This document shows positions 1 to 13,269 of a stretch of 64,000 bases of DNA, one piece after another. Location of the stretch: assembly GCF_963921235.1 (NCBI RefSeq), contig NC_086097.1, positions 16,988,001 to 17,052,000 of the forward strand, given 5' to 3'. The DNA comes from Mobula hypostoma (taxonomy: Eukaryota). A program made the position numbers and the translations under genes. Each line of letters begins with the position of its first letter. The stretch's first letter is position 1. The notes beneath the pieces were generated by a model. The model did no database searches, was not told the origin of the DNA, and saw nothing but the letters and a program-made list of their open reading frames with translations.

Positions 1-106
1 TCGTCCATGATATTCTTTGCATCCTCCTCAAAAACCACATCTCTGCTGTTTCAACCCTCTCTATACCCCTCATGAAAAGGTAACTAGTAAGGTAATATGT
101 TGTAAG

Positions 107-990
107 ATAGATAGATAGATACTTTATTGATTCTAAAAGGGATTACAGTGTCACAGCAGCATTACAAGTGCACAGATATACATATATACAAATATGAGCA
201 AAGAAGTATGAAAAAATAAAAAATAAGTTACCTCAAACATGCTATCAGGGGCGGGGTCATCACTTCCCCGTCTACAGGTTGACTCATTATAGACCCTAGT
301 GGCTGAGGGTAAGAATGACCTCATATAGTGCTTTGGAGCAGCACAGCTGTCTTAGCCTATTACTAGACGTGCTCTTCTGTTTAGCCAAGGAAGCATGCAG
401 AGGGCGAGCAACATTTTCCAGAATTGCCAGGTTTTCCTGTAGGGTTCTTTGTTCTACCACAGCCTCCAGTGGGTCCGGTTTGACTCTTATAACAGAGCCA
501 GCCTTTCTAATCAGTTTATTGAGCCTCTTGACATCACCCATGTTGATGCCATTGCCCCAGCACACCACCATATAGAAGATTGTACCGGTAACAACAAACT
601 CCTAGAACATGTGAAGGAGAGGCCTGCATACTCCAAAGGACCTCAGTCTCCTCAGGAGGTAGAGGTGATTCTGGCCCTTCTTGTACACAGTCTCTGTGTT
701 GGTGCTCCACTCAAGTATGTTATCCAGGTGCATCCCCAGGTACTTGTAGGTCCTCACCACGTCCACGACCTCATCACATCCACGACCTCTCCACAATTGT
801 AACAGACGTTGACCCAGTGTTCTATCTAAAGCCCGAGGTATACAGGATAAACAGGAAGAGAGCCAATATAGTCCACTATGGGGCCCCAGTGCTGCTTATA
901 GCCATGTCTGACACACAGCTCTGAAGCTGCATAAACTGTGGTCTGCCAGTCAGGTAGTCCATTATCCAGGATACAATGGAAATGCCAACC
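107..990 (-). mobile_element. Rex1/Babar-like LINE, 3' part (RT C-terminus and 3' UTR), decayed
   Basis: Minus-strand ORF pieces 'VDVVRTYKYLGMHLDNILEWSTNT..LYLLRRLRSFGV' and 'KRLNKLIRKAGSVI'; (TATC)n-type tail at about 107-121. Confidence 0.8.
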
Positions 991-1077
991 TGCTTTGGGG
1001 AGGGGCTTTTCCCCCAGCAATAAGGGCTTTATGGTATTGAAAAAAACATGATTCTCACAGTGCTGCCCTGTTTAAAA

Positions 1078-1735
1078 AGTCCATGGTTAGGGTGAGATGC
1101 ATCCTTGGTAATGCTTTTTGCCCTGCCCCGGCAACGTTTATGGTAGATGTTCTCAATGGTGGGCAATTGTTGCTGATAATCCCCTGGGCAGTTTTCACCA
1201 CACGCTAGAGTGCTTTGTGGTCCGATATGGGACAATTGCCATACCAGATGCAGTTGGTGAGTATGCTGTCTATGGCACAGTGGTAAAAGTCCGTCAGTAT
1301 CCTGGGACACAGGTGAGCTTTCTCGATGCTCCGCAGGATATAAAGACACTGTTGTGCCTTTTTGATCGAGATGGCGTAGTTCAGCGACCAGGTGAGATCC
1401 TCGGAAATGTGGACACCAAGGAATTTGAAGCTTGATGCACGCTCCATTACAACTCCTAGCATGCCTGAGGTCCACAATGATCTCCTTGGTCTTCTGGGTG
1501 TTAAGGTCCAGGTTGTTGTCGGCACACCATGTGGCTAGGTGCTGGACCCCGTCCCTGTACGCCATCTCATCATCCCCTCTGATCAGGCCAACCACCGTGG
1601 TGTCGTCTGCGAACTTGATTATGGAGTTAGAACCATGTACGGGAACACAGTCATAGGTGAAAAGGGAGTACAGAAGAGGGCTCAACACTCAGCCTGGAGG
1701 CACGCTGGTGTTCAGGGTGAGAGTGGAGGTTGTCT
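1078..1735 (-). mobile_element. Rex1/Babar-like LINE RT fragment (second family)
   Basis: ORF 1029-1688 '[39 protein letters not shown]'. Confidence 0.85.
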
Positions 1736-1744
1736 AACTTAACT

Positions 1745-2220
1745 GATTATCCAAATGGGAGTAGGCTCTGTTCGACAGGTAGATGACAGCATCATTGACT
1801 CCAGTGTGCTCCTGGTAAGCAAGCTGCAGGGGATTGAGGGCTGATCTAACTGGTGATCGGAGGTGAGTCAGGACCAGTCCTCTAGGACCTTCATGATGCA
1901 CGAGGTCAGGGCCACTGGACGGTAGTCATTCAGGACTTCTGGTTGGCCCTTCTTGGGTACTGGGACCTCATTATGATGTTTTCCACACAGTCGGGATCCT
2001 TTCCAGGCTGAGATTTGGATTGAAAATGCGCTGGAGAACAGGACCTTGGGGTTCACACCATCCGGTCCCAATGCTTTTCTGTGACTGGGTTTCCCCAGAG
2101 CCCTCTCACCTGCTCAGTAGTGAAGGTGAGTTCACGATGACTGGGGAATTGGTGGAAGGTGGGTCTCCCCAGTTTGGTTTCAGGTCTCTGCAAAGAGTCC
2201 AACCCATAGTTCACGGATAA
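1745..2220 (-). mobile_element. Rex1/Babar-like LINE RT N-terminal fragment, probably the upstream part of the 107-990 element
   Basis: 'GPDGVNPKVL..PVPKKGQPEVLNDYRPVALTSCIMKVLE'. Confidence 0.7.
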
Positions 2221-2919
2221 CACCTGCCACCATTTGTTTTTCTGTCTCTCATCTCCTTGTTAACCCAATTGGCAGTTCTCCATCTTACTGAGGAGATTGT
2301 GATAAACAGGGGAGAGCAAAGTTTTCAATTGAATTGAGTTTGTCTTTTTCTGAGGCATTAGTCTGGGAATAGTGTGGGATGGAGGAAGGTTTACAGACGG
2401 TGGTTTCAATTTTCTGAAAGCAATAACAAACACTGCTGTTTATAATGGGGACCCTATACGAGATAAGCTATTAATAGAATTATACTTCAGAGGTTCTGAG
2501 TGTCTGATGAGTGATTGAAAGCATATTGCCTGCTGTATAAATTCTCAATGTCTTAGTGTTCACTGTCATTAACTATTGCTATTTATCTGCCATTTCTCAA
2601 ACTTATTAATGTCTTCTTTGTTGTACGGACTATTTTTAGATTGAGATGGCAGATTTGCCTCCAGAACTGAATAGGATTTGAATTTAGAGACGGACAGCAG
2701 AGTAATGCTTTTTAATAACTCAAAGGTGTATATGTAGTTAATTATCTGATGCATTCAACAGGAAATTTGCCTTAGATTCAACTCCTTTACCAGGGAAAAT
2801 GCTTTGCAATGAAGAGTGGTAGAGAAGTAATTTCATTAGCTGACACACAGCTCCTGTGGGCTCAACAACAAAGAGAGAAAAACATGTAATGACCAGACTC
2901 TGTTGGCTTTCAGTCTCCA

Positions 2920-3260
2920 TTATAAGACATAGGAGCAGAATTAGGCCATTCAGCCCATCATTTCTTGTCTGTCATTTAATCATATCTGATCTACTTTCCC
3001 TCTCAACCCCATTCTCCTGAATTCCCCCTTTTGATGGCTTTATTAATCAAGAACCTATCAATCTCTGCTCTAAATATACCCAAAGACTTGGCCTCCGCAG
3101 CTGTCTATGGCACTGAATTCCACAGGTTCACCTCCCTCTGGATAATGAAATTTCTCCTCATCTCTGATCTAAAGTGATGTCCTTCTATTTTGAGGCCGTG
3201 CCCTCTGGTCCCAGACACTCCAACTTTTGGAAATATCCTCTCCACATCCACTCTATCTAG
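2920..3260 (-). mobile_element. CR1 LINE 3' end fragment
   Basis: 'ataagacataggagcagaattaggccattcagccc' terminus; similar to the other CR1 3' ends in the window. Confidence 0.75.
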
Positions 3261-3670
3261 GATGTAAAAGAGCAGCATCCACATTCAATGATCCTCACTA
3301 CCCAGTCATGCTCTGCTTTTGCTGCTGCCATCAGGTAGAAGGTGGAGGAGCCTCAGGACTCATTCCAACAGGTTCAAGAACAGGTTACTACCCCTCAACC
3401 ATCAGGTTCTTGGACAAAAGAGGATAACATTCTATTTCTGGTGTTCCCACAACCAATGGCCTTACTTTCAGGACTCTTTATCTTGTTATTTCATGCTCTC
3501 ATTATTTATTACTATTTATTTATATTTGCATTTGCACAGTTTTTTTTATTGATTCTGTTTACAGTTACTGCTCTATAGATTTGCTAAGTATGCCCGCAAG
3601 AAAAAGAATCTCAGGGCTGTATGTGGTGACATATATGTACTCTGATAATAAATTTTACTTTGAACTTTTG
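3260..3670 (+). mobile_element. Rex1/L2-type 3' tail repeat
   Basis: 'LLPSGRRWRSLRTHSNRFKN' remnant; 'aagaatctcagg..tgataataaattttactttgaacttt' tail that recurs through the window. Confidence 0.65.
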
Positions 3671-3944
3671 ACCATAAGATATAGGAGCAGAATTAGGCCA
3701 TTTGGCCCATTGGGTCTACTCCACTATTTCATCATGGCTGATCAATTTTTCCATTCCTGCCTTCCTCTCATATCCCTTCATGCCCTGACCAAACAAGAAT
3801 CTATCAACCTCTGCCTTAAATATCCTTAAAGACTTGGCCTCCACAGCTGCCTGCGGCAAAGAATTCCACAGATTCACCACTCTCTGGCTAAGGAAATTCT
3901 TTCTCATCTCTGTTCTAAAAAGATGCCCCTCTATTTTGAGGTTG

Positions 3945-5725
3945 GATGTCCAGTCCTTATATACTTCCACCCCCCATCAGGAAGGTCTCAAAGTTCTACG
4001 CTTCTTTTTGGATTCCAGACCTAATCAGTTCCCCTCTACCACCACTCTGCTCCGTCTAGCGGAATTAGTCCTTACTCTTAATAATTTCTGCTTTGGCTCC
4101 TCCCACTTCCTCCAAGCTAAAGGTGTAGCTATGGGCACCCGTATGGGTCCTAGCTATGCCTGCCTTTTTGTTGGGTTTGTGGAACAATCTATGTTCCGTG
4201 CCTATTCTGGTATCTGTCCCCCACTTTCCTTCGCTACATCGATGACTGCATTGGCGCTGCTTCCTGCACGCATGCAGAACTCGTTGACTTTATTAACTTT
4301 GCCTCCAACTTTCACCCTGCCCTCAAGTTTACCTGGTCCATTTCCGACACCTCCCTCCCCTTTCTAGATCTTTCTGTCTCTGTCTCTGGAGACAGCTTAT
4401 CCACTGATGTCTACTATAAGCCTACTGACTCTCACAGCTAACTGGACTATTCCTCTTCTCACCCTGTCTCTTGCAAAAACGCCATCCCCTTCTCGCAATT
4501 CCTCCGTCTCTGCCGCATCTGCTCTCAGGATGAGGCTTTTCATTCTAGGACGAGGGAGATGTCTTCCCTTTTTAAAGAAAGGGGCTTCCCTTCCTCCACT
4601 ATCAACTCTGCTCTTAAACGCATCTCCCTCATTTCACGTACATCAGCTCTCACTTCATCCTCCCGCCACCCCACTAGGAATAGGGTTCCCCTGGTCCTCA
4701 CCTACTACCCCACCAGCCTCCGGGTCCAACATATTATTCTCCGTAACTTCCGCCACCTCCAATGGGATCCCACTACTAAGCACATCTTTCCCTCCCCCCC
4801 CTGCATTCCGCAGGGATCGCTCCCTACACAACTCCCTTGTCCATTCGTTCCCCCCCATCCCTCCCCACTGATCTCCCTCCTGGCACTTATCCGTGTAAGC
4901 GGAACAAGTGCTACACATGCCCTTACACTTCCTCCCTTACCACCATTCAGGGCCCCAAACAGTCCTTCCAGGTGAGGCAACACTTCACCTGTAGTCGACT
5001 GGGGTGATATACTGCGTCCGGTGCTCCCGATGTGGCCTTTTATATATTGGCGAGACCCAACGCAGACTGGGAGACCGCTTTGCTGAACATCTACGCTCTG
5101 TCCGCCAGAGAAAGCAGGATCTCCCAGTGGCCACACATTTTAATTCCACATCCCATTCCCATTCTGACATGTCTATCCACGGCCTCCTCTACTGTAAAGA
5201 TGAAACCACACTCAGGTTGGAGGAACAACACCTTATATTCCGTCTGGGTAGCCTCCAACCTGATGGCATGAACATCGACTTCTCTAACTTCCGCTAAGGC
5301 CCCACCTCCCCCTCGTACCCTATCTGTTACTCATTTTTATGCACACATTCTTTCTCTCACTCTCCTTTTTCTCCCTCTGTCCCTCTGAATATACCTCTTG
5401 CCCATCCTCTGGGTCCCTGCTCCCTTGTCTTTCTTCCCGGACCTCCTGTCCCATGATCCTCTCGTATCCCTTTTGCCTATCACCTGTCCAGCTCTTGGCT
5501 CCATCCCTCCCCCTCCTGTCTTCTCCTATCATTTTGGATCTCCCCCTCCCCCTCCAACTTTCAAATCCCTTACTCACTCTTCCTTCAGTTAGTCCTGACG
5601 AAGGGTCTCGGCCTGAAACGTCGACTGCACCTCTTCCTAGAGATGCTGCCTGGCCTGCTGCGTTCACCAGCAACTTTGATGTGTGTTGCTTGAATTTCCA
5701 GCATCTGCAGAATTCCTGTTGTTTT
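3945..5725 (+). mobile_element. Penelope-like element (RT + GIY-YIG endonuclease), 5'-truncated and frameshifted
   Basis: RT motifs 'DVQSLYTS..QAKGVAMGTRMGPSYACLFVG'; GIY-YIG 'IYCVRCSRCGLLYIGETQRRLGDRFAEH'; 16-bp TSD ctctattttgaggttg at 3929-3944 and 5726-5741. Confidence 0.93.
5591..5626 (+). ncRNA. Minimal type I hammerhead ribozyme motif in the Penelope 3' tail
   Basis: agtc-CTGACGA-a-gggt ctcg gcct-GAAA-cGTC-gact: core boxes, stem II, stem I (agtc/gact) and GUC cleavage triplet. Confidence 0.8.
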
Positions 5726-5874
5726 CTCTATTTTGAGGTTGTGTCCTCTGGTCTTAGACACACCCACCATAGGAAACATCCTCTCACATCCACTCTATTA
5801 TAGCCTTTCACCATTCAGTAGGTTTCAATTAGGTCACCCCTCAAATCATTAACATATAACAGAAAAAGAATTAT

Positions 5875-8040
5875 TCCCGACACAGATCCTGCGGACCACC
5901 ACTAGCCACCAGCATCCAACCAGAAATGGCTCCCTTTATTCTCACTTTTTGCCTCCTGCCAATCAGCCACTGCTTTATCCATGATAGAATCTTTCCTATG
6001 ATACCATGGGCTCGTAGATTGTTAAGCATGTGGCACCTTGTCAAAGGCCTTCTGAAAATCCAAGTACATAATATCAACTGTTTCCCCTTTGTCTGTTCTG
6101 CTAGTTATTTCTTCAAAGAATTCCAACAGATTTGTCAGGCAAGATTTTCCCTTGAGGAATCTATGCTGACTATGGCCTATTTTTATCATGTACCTCCAAG
6201 TACCCCTAAACCACAGCTTTAACAATTGACTCCAACAGCTTCCCAACCACTGAGGTCAGTCTAACTGGCCTATAATTTCCTTTCTTCTGCCTCAGTCCTT
6301 TCTCGAAGAGAGGAGCAACATTTGCAATTTTCCAGTCTTCCAGAATCATTCCAGAATCTAGTGATTCTTGAGAGATCATTACTAATTCCTTCACAATCTC
6401 TTCAGCCACCCCTTTTAGAACCCTGAGGTGTACACTATCTGGTCTAGGTCACTTATCTAACTTCAGTCCTTTCAGTTTCCCAAGAACCTTCACTCTAGCG
6501 ATGGTAACTTCACAAACTTCATGCCCCCGATGCCTGGAACTTCCACCATACTGCTAGTGTCTTCCACAGTGAAGTCTGATGCAAGATACTTATTCAGTAC
6601 ATCCGCCATTTCCTTGCCCCCATTACTACCTCTCCAGCATTATTTTCCTGTGGTCTGACAGCCACTCTTGCCTCTCTTTTACACTTCATGTATCTGAAGA
6701 AACTTTTGGCATCTTCTTTACTATCATTGGCTAACTTACTTTCACATTCCATCTTTACCTTCTTAATGCCTTTTTTAGTTACCTTCTGCTGGTACAGTAT
6801 TTAAAAGCCTGCCAATCCTCTAACTTGCCATTTATATTATATGCCCTCTCTTTGGCTTTTATGATTGCTTCTACTTCCCTTGTAAGCCATGGGTATGTCA
6901 CCTTGTCCTTAAAATACTTCTTTCTCTTTAGGATATTTATATCCTGTGCCTTCTGAGTTGCTTACAGAAATTCCAGCCATTGTTGCTCTGCTGTCATCCC
7001 TGCCAGTGTTCTTTTCCAATTAATTCTGGCTAACTCCTCTCTCATGCCTCTGTAAGTCCCTTTACTCCACTGTAATACTGATACATCTGATTTTAGCTGC
7101 TCCTTCTCAAATTTCAAGGTGAATTTGATCACATTATGATCACTTTCTCCTAAGGGTTCTTTTACCTTAAGCTCTCTGAGCAATTCCAGTTCATTGCTCA
7201 ACACCCAATCCAGGATAGCTGATCCCCTAGTGGGCTCAACCACGAGCCATTCTAAAAAGCTATCTCATAGGCATTCTAGAAATTTCCTCTTTGGAAACTC
7301 GCACCAACATGATTTTCCCAATCTTCTTGTGTATTGAAATCCCCCCATGACTATTGTAACATTGCCCTTTTGACATGCATTTTCTGTCTCCCATTGTAAC
7401 TTGTAGACCACATCCTTACTACTGTTTGGGAGTCTGTATATAACTCCCACTAGGGTCTTTTTACCCTTGTAGTTTCTTAGTTCTATCCACAGTGAGACAA
7501 CACCTTTTGTCTACATGTCACTTTTTAAAAATGATTTGATTTCGTTTTTTACCAGCAGAGCAACGACACTCCCTCTGCCTTCCTGCCTGTCCTTTCGATA
7601 CAATGTGTATCCTTGGACATTAAGCTCTCAGCTATAATCTTCTTTCAGCCATGATTCAGTGATGGCTACAACATCATATTTGCCAATATGTAACTGTGCT
7701 ACAAGTTCATCAGCCTTATTCCATATACTGTACACAGTCAATGTAACACCTTCAGTCCTGTATTCACCTTTTTAGATTTTGTCCACCTTTTACGTTGCAA
7801 CTTATGTTGTTGACTGCAATTTTGCCCTATTATCAGCCTCTTCTTGCTCGGAGTCTCACTACACATTTTCTCTATTTGTAAACCAACTACCTCATCTTCC
7901 GCACCATCACTCAGGTTCCCATTGCCCTGCCAAAATAGTTTAGCTTTGATTTTCAATATTCGGTAGTTTTCAATATGATCTCCTCTCATTCTTTTAACCT
8001 CCAGTGAGTAGAGGCTCAGAGCCATCAAATACTCCTAAAG
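5875..8040 (-). mobile_element. CR1 LINE ORF2 (endonuclease to RT N-terminus), decayed
   Basis: 'GVIYRLPN', 'VEPTRGSAILDWVLSN..LGESDHN', 'NYRPVRLTSVVGKLLE', 'YLDFQKAFDKVPH'. Confidence 0.88.
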
Positions 8041-9279
8041 AAAATTCTTGTGAACCTTCTCTGGACTCTCTCCATGTAGATTCTGCATTTTAAACAAAAA
8101 AAATTTGGGCTCACTGGTGCCCCAAGCCAGTTTCCCTGTAAATGACTGTGAATAGAAATTCATCTTCTTCCACACTAGGAATTATTTCACCTACTTTTCT
8201 TTGCACATGAACGCCTTCATTCTGATTAGTAAACGCTCAGTAAGAAAGCCAGCTTGGTTCCCCTGAACATACAGCTTGTCGATTTTTCCTCAGAGAAAAC
8301 CCCTTGAAATGTTTTAATTTTATGATGTTAAATGGATAATTCACTCAGAGATTTAAAGTCAGGTAACTAATTGAAAATCTTGTTTCAAGTTAACGTATTC
8401 TGCTTTGTGTAATAATGAACAATATAATTCTTTGGCAGTGACTGTATGTAATTATTTCCTATGGACCTGTACAAATTCCACGAAGCCCTTCAATTGATCT
8501 TATCTATCTGGTACATATTTGAATGCCCTTGCATTGTACAAAGATGTCCCTGAACTCCCTGGCAGCATGTTGGTAAATTTCTGTCTCCCCTTTCATTCCG
8601 GCAGTTATTTTATTTTATTGTCTGGCAGCTGAGTGGGAACACGTTGAAATAAAGCTCTTGTAGTTCATGAAATTAAACCTGAATATTTAACATTCCTATG
8701 AATGTCTGAATCTGAAGTCTAAGTTAATCCGAACACTCTTCTGGACAACATAAGTAAACAATTAACTGAAGGTTTAATAAGTGCCCCTCTATGATTTAAG
8801 GAATACCCCATTAATTATCTGTACCATTATTTAAAAGCTTTTGTTATTCCCCATGTTGAGAGCATTTTTGTTGAATGTACAAATGTCTCAAACTTGCTTT
8901 GAGTCTGCCTTCAGTAGTTTGTGTATATAGATCTGATTGCCAATATATATATACACAGAAAGATTAACCGCCTGTATAACTAACCCATGGATTACAGAAT
9001 GTCTGTATTAAATACATTCCCCTTTCCTTGGTCTGGTGCCTGACTCTTCCCCTTTATCCTTGCCCATCTGGGGTTTATTTCCACTCCTTGATCCTTGTTC
9101 AGTAAATTCTCTTATGAGTCATAATTTTGCATTCATCTCCAACTCTTTTTTTTCTTTTAATATATCTGACATGACAGGCATTGTTTAATATATTTTGCGA
9201 GTAATTATTCTGTTTTATTTTTGAGTGTATTTCTGGATTTAAGTTATGTACTTTATCAATTCCAGCAACCATAATAAAC

Positions 9280-9897
9280 CCATTAGCATTCATTTTGAGA
9301 GGACTAGAATATAAAAGCGATGCTGGGACTTTATAAGACATCTGTCAGACCGCATTGTAAGAAGTTCTAGGCCCTTTATCCAAGAAAGAATGTACAGGCG
9401 TTGGAGTGAATCCAGAGGAGGGTCATGAGAATGATCCGGGGAATGAAATGGTTAATGTATGAGGAGTATTTAATGGCTCTGGGCCTGTACTCACTGGAGT
9501 TTAGAAGAATGAAGGAGGATTTCATTGAAACCTATCAAAAATCGAAAGGCCTAGGTAGCATAGACGTGGAGAAGATGTTTTTTTTATATTGGGAGAGTCA
9601 GGGAGCAGAGGCACAGCCTCAGAATAGAGGGACATCCTCTTAGAATGCAGATGAGTAGGAATTTCTTTAGCCAGAGAGCAGTGAATCTGTGTAATTCATT
9701 GCCATAGATGGACATGGAGGCAAAGTAATAGGGTATATTTAAAGGAGAGGTTTAATAGGTTCTTGATTAGTAAGGATGTCAAAGGATATGGGGAGAAGGC
9801 AGGAGAATGGGGTTGAGAGGGAAAATAAATCAGCCATGATTGAATGATGGAACAGACTCAATGGGCCAAATGGCCTAATTCTGCTCCAATGTCTTAT
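9280..9897 (+). mobile_element. CR1 LINE 3' fragment
   Basis: 'YEEYLMALGLYSLEFRRMKEDFIETY'; terminal 'ggcctaattctgctccaatgtcttatg'. Confidence 0.8.
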
Positions 9898-10624
9898 GTA
9901 CTAATAAACCAAACAGTCAAAGATATTCATCAATCTGTAACTCTGCACAGTTGATGTCATTGTCCTATTCTGCTGTCTCGAGTTTAACAGAAGGTAAAAT
10001 AGTGAAAGAATATGAATAGGATTCAATCATGATCTGCCAAAAGAAATAGTGAAAAATGTACCAATTGAACTCAGATTGTTACTGCAGTTTTGGGAATGTT
10101 GTCATCTTAATGAGACTTTTATCTCTTGCCTCAGTTTAAAAAACACGTTTTTTTTTAAAGCATTATATGAACATGTTATCCACTGCTTGGTCCAGCTAAT
10201 AATTTCACACATCTTAATTAATAGCACTTAATTAGCTAAAAAAAGTTCTTTGCAACATCCTGAGATTCATAGATGCAAATCATTTAAATGTGAATCATGG
10301 TACTCTATGAGATATAGTCTGCTCCCGATGGTGGCACATTATGTTCTGCAATGTTCTCTGATCAAGAGCAGACTTCTCCCCTGGGCAATATAATTTTGTT
10401 TATGTGCTTTTTTGATGGTGTTCCTGCATGTTTTCTCTCCTGTGTTCACCCTCTTTGGAAGCAGTTATAGTTACACGAAGCTCACATTTTCTTGCCTCAT
10501 TAATCCAAAAATGCCACTTTTATTCTGTGCTACTTTGATAATTACTATTTAGAATCCCAGACTCATGCCTTTGTGAAATGCCTCAAAGAGCAAATTTCTT
10601 TTGAAGTGACATGACTTTTTTTAG

Positions 10625-10773
10625 GATTTGTATAAACATGACTGCAGAAACAGACCATGATTTACTAGCTGATTTGCTTATGGTTATGTTGGTCGGTCCA
10701 GGGTATTGAGAAAACTTCCTGCTACTCATCCAGTGAGAGCACCTCTCTGAACTGCTTATGGAGCTCTGTCCAG
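10625..10773 (+). other. Candidate exon of an unidentified spliced transcript
   Basis: Acceptor ttttttttag and donor CAG|gtataa in non-repeat sequence; no homology recognised. Confidence 0.25.
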
Positions 10774-10886
10774 GTATAACCACACATTTGCTCCATGCGC
10801 ATTGAAATGCTCCACATTTAAAAGGACCTCATTTATCTGCAGATAACTTAAGATGTTTTCCAACTTCTTCTCTCATCCACGAATTC

Positions 10887-11015
10887 TGTCATTTTGGGCC
10901 AAGACCCTTCATCAGGATACATGAAGGATCTCGGCCTGAAACGTCGACTGTTCATTCTTTTCCATAGATGCTGCCTGGCCTGCTGAGATCCTCCAGCATT
11001 TTGTGTGTGTTGCTT
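10887..11015 (+). repeat. Short Penelope-tail-derived repeat with two back-to-back hammerhead remnants
   Basis: Minus-strand copy (reverse complement tcctgatgaagggtcttggcccaaaatg) abutting a plus-strand 'atgaaggatctcggcctgaaacgtcgactg..cagcattttgtgtgtg'. Confidence 0.75.
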
Positions 11016-11214
11016 TAAGTTTGAAAATGGCACCTTTTGGTTTGGAGGTTGAGGTACTGGGACAGTTGGATGTAATTTCTACCTGCTTGGCTGACGAGTG
11101 CTGAGAAGGTCAGTTTCACATCATCCATTCCCAGGGGCAGGGGTGGAGCGCTGTGGGGATTGTTTGATGTCCTTTCTAAGTAAGGTTAATTAACATTGAG
11201 CACCTTGACAACTT

Positions 11215-12892
11215 TGGGCAGGACAGTAGCTTTGCTGTTAGCATCACAATTTTACAGTGCCAGAGACCATAAGACCGTAATTCATAGGAGCAGAATTAGG
11301 CCATTCAGCCCATCAAGTCTGCTCTGCCATTCCATCATGGCTGATCCCAGGTCCCACTCAACCCCATACACCTGCCTTCTCGCCATATCCTTTGATGCTC
11401 TGACTGATCAGGAAACGATCAACTTCCACCTTAAATATACCCACGCACTTGGCCTCAACTGCAGTCTGTAGCAGAGCAGTCCACAGATTTACTACTCCCT
11501 GGCTAAAAAAATTCCTCCTTACCTCTGTTCTAAAGGGTCGCCCCTCAGTTTTGAGGCTGTGCCCTCTAGTTCTGGATACCCTCACTGTAGGAAACGTCCT
11601 CTCCACATCCACTCTATCTAGTCCTTTCAACATTCGTTAAGTTTCAATGAGATCCCCACGGGTTCTTCTAAATTCCAGTGAGTACAGGCACAAGGCTGCC
11701 AAACGCTTCTCATATGTTAACCCCTTCATTGCCGGAATCATCCTAATGAACCCCCTCTGGACTCTCTCGAATGACAATGCATCCTTTCTGAGACAAGGAG
11801 CCCAAAACTGTTGACAATACTTCAAGTGTGGTCTGATTGGTGTCTTATAAAAGTTCAACATTATCTCCTTGTTTTTAATATTCTATTCTCCTTCAAATGA
11901 ATGCCAAAATTCCATTTGCCTTCTTTACCACTGACTCAACCTGTGAATTAACTTTCTTGGAGTCTTGCACGAGGACTCCTAAGTCTCTCTTCACCCCTGA
12001 TGTTTGAACCTTCTCGCCATTTAGTTAATAGTCTGCACTATTGTTCCTTTTAGCAAAATACATTATCATACATTTCCCAACACTGTATTCCATCTATCAC
12101 TTTTTTGCCCATTCTTCCAATTTTTCCAAGTCCTGCTGCAATTGCATTGCTTCCTCAGCACTACCTACCCCTCCACCTATTCTTTGCATCATCCACAAAC
12201 TTTGCCACAGAGCCATCAATTCCATTATCTAAATCATTGACAAACAGCGTGAAAAGTAGCAGTCCCAATACTGACCCCTGAGGAACACCACTAGTCACTG
12301 GCAGCCACTCACTGCTTCCTGCCTGTCAGCCAATCCTCTAACCATATCAGTATCTTTCCTGTAACGCCATAGGATTTTATCTTGTTAAGCAGCCCCATGT
12401 GTGCCTCCTTATCACATGCCTACTGAAAATCCAAGTAAATGACATCCACTGCCTTTCCTTTGTCCTACCTGCTTGTTACTTCCTCAAAGAACTCTAACAG
12501 ATTTGTCAGGCAAGATTTCCCTTTACAGAAAACATGCTGACTTTGACATTCTATCAACAGTCTCCAAGTACCCTGAAACTTCATCCTTAATAATAGACTC
12601 CAACACTTTCCAAACCACTGAGGTTAGGCTAACTGGCCTAAAATTTCCTTTCTTTTGCCTTCCTCCCCTCTTAAAGATGCAGATTCAACTCCTGCCACTG
12701 TCTGTAAGGAGTTTGTATGTTCCTCGCGTGATCGCGTGGGTTTCCTCCGGGTGCTCCAGTTTCCTTCCACATTCCAAATACGTTGGAGCTAATAGGTTAA
12801 TTGGCTACATGGGTATAATTGGGCGATGTGAGATTGTTGGGCCAAAGTGTCTAATACTGTGCTGTATCTCTAAATACATAAAAATAAAAATA
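11215..12892 (+). mobile_element. tRNA-derived V-SINE (HE1-like) split by a CR1 insertion
   Basis: Head 'ggcaggacagtagc..gttagcatcacaatttacagtgccag' at about 11217-11268; body 'gattcaactcc..gcgtgggtttcctccgggtgctccagtttcc' resumes at about 12676. Confidence 0.65.
11266..12675 (-). mobile_element. CR1 LINE RT and 3' end, internally deleted
   Basis: 'YKTPIRPHLKYCQQFWAP', 'RTRGHSLKTEGRPFRTEVRRNFFSQGVVNLW'. Confidence 0.88.
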
Positions 12893-13269
12893 AACCTGGA
12901 AGCTGGTGGGAGTAAACGTCAATCAGCAGATCTTTGTTGTCATATCTTGGTGACCAATGGATGGATCAAAGTTCAAAGTTAATCAGGTGCTGTCCAATGT
13001 TGCAGAAGACTGCACAACAGACTGAAAGCTGCTTTGCAGCTTTTCATCTTTACCCCTCCACCAGAGACTGCCCTCCATTTCTCCTTCTCAATGTTGAGAC
13101 CTGGTGTGCTGGTTGACTCTGTTAGGATGTCAGGCCCTTGGTCCCCACCACCCCCAGCTGATACACTGCACGAGGACCAGTTAAGGCTCGCTGTCTGTAT
13201 TTCAGTAGAGCCTGTTTTGTTCAACTACAGTTATTCGCTGACTAAACCCAAGATGGCGGAGATCTTGAG

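Larger units (their letters stand above)
3671..5850 (-). mobile_element. CR1 LINE 3' fragment split by a Penelope insertion
   Basis: 'GHLFRTEMRKNFLSQRVVNLWNSLPQAAVEA' at 3716-3944; resumes at 5726 ('SKTRGHNLKIE'). Confidence 0.8.

Noticed and set aside
5339..5803. Pro/Ser/Leu-rich ORFs repeated at 5339, 38764, 57300 and 59301
   Set aside because: Reading frames through the pyrimidine-rich Penelope 3' UTR; indels differ between copies
10720..10761. Class I cytokine receptor call from the Cx10CxW pattern
   Set aside because: Only a short pattern; upstream in-frame stop; no second Cys pair or WSXWS exon found; part of an internal duplication
13249..13259. YY1-like motif CAAGATGGCGG
   Set aside because: Single motif with no CpG island or other promoter evidence
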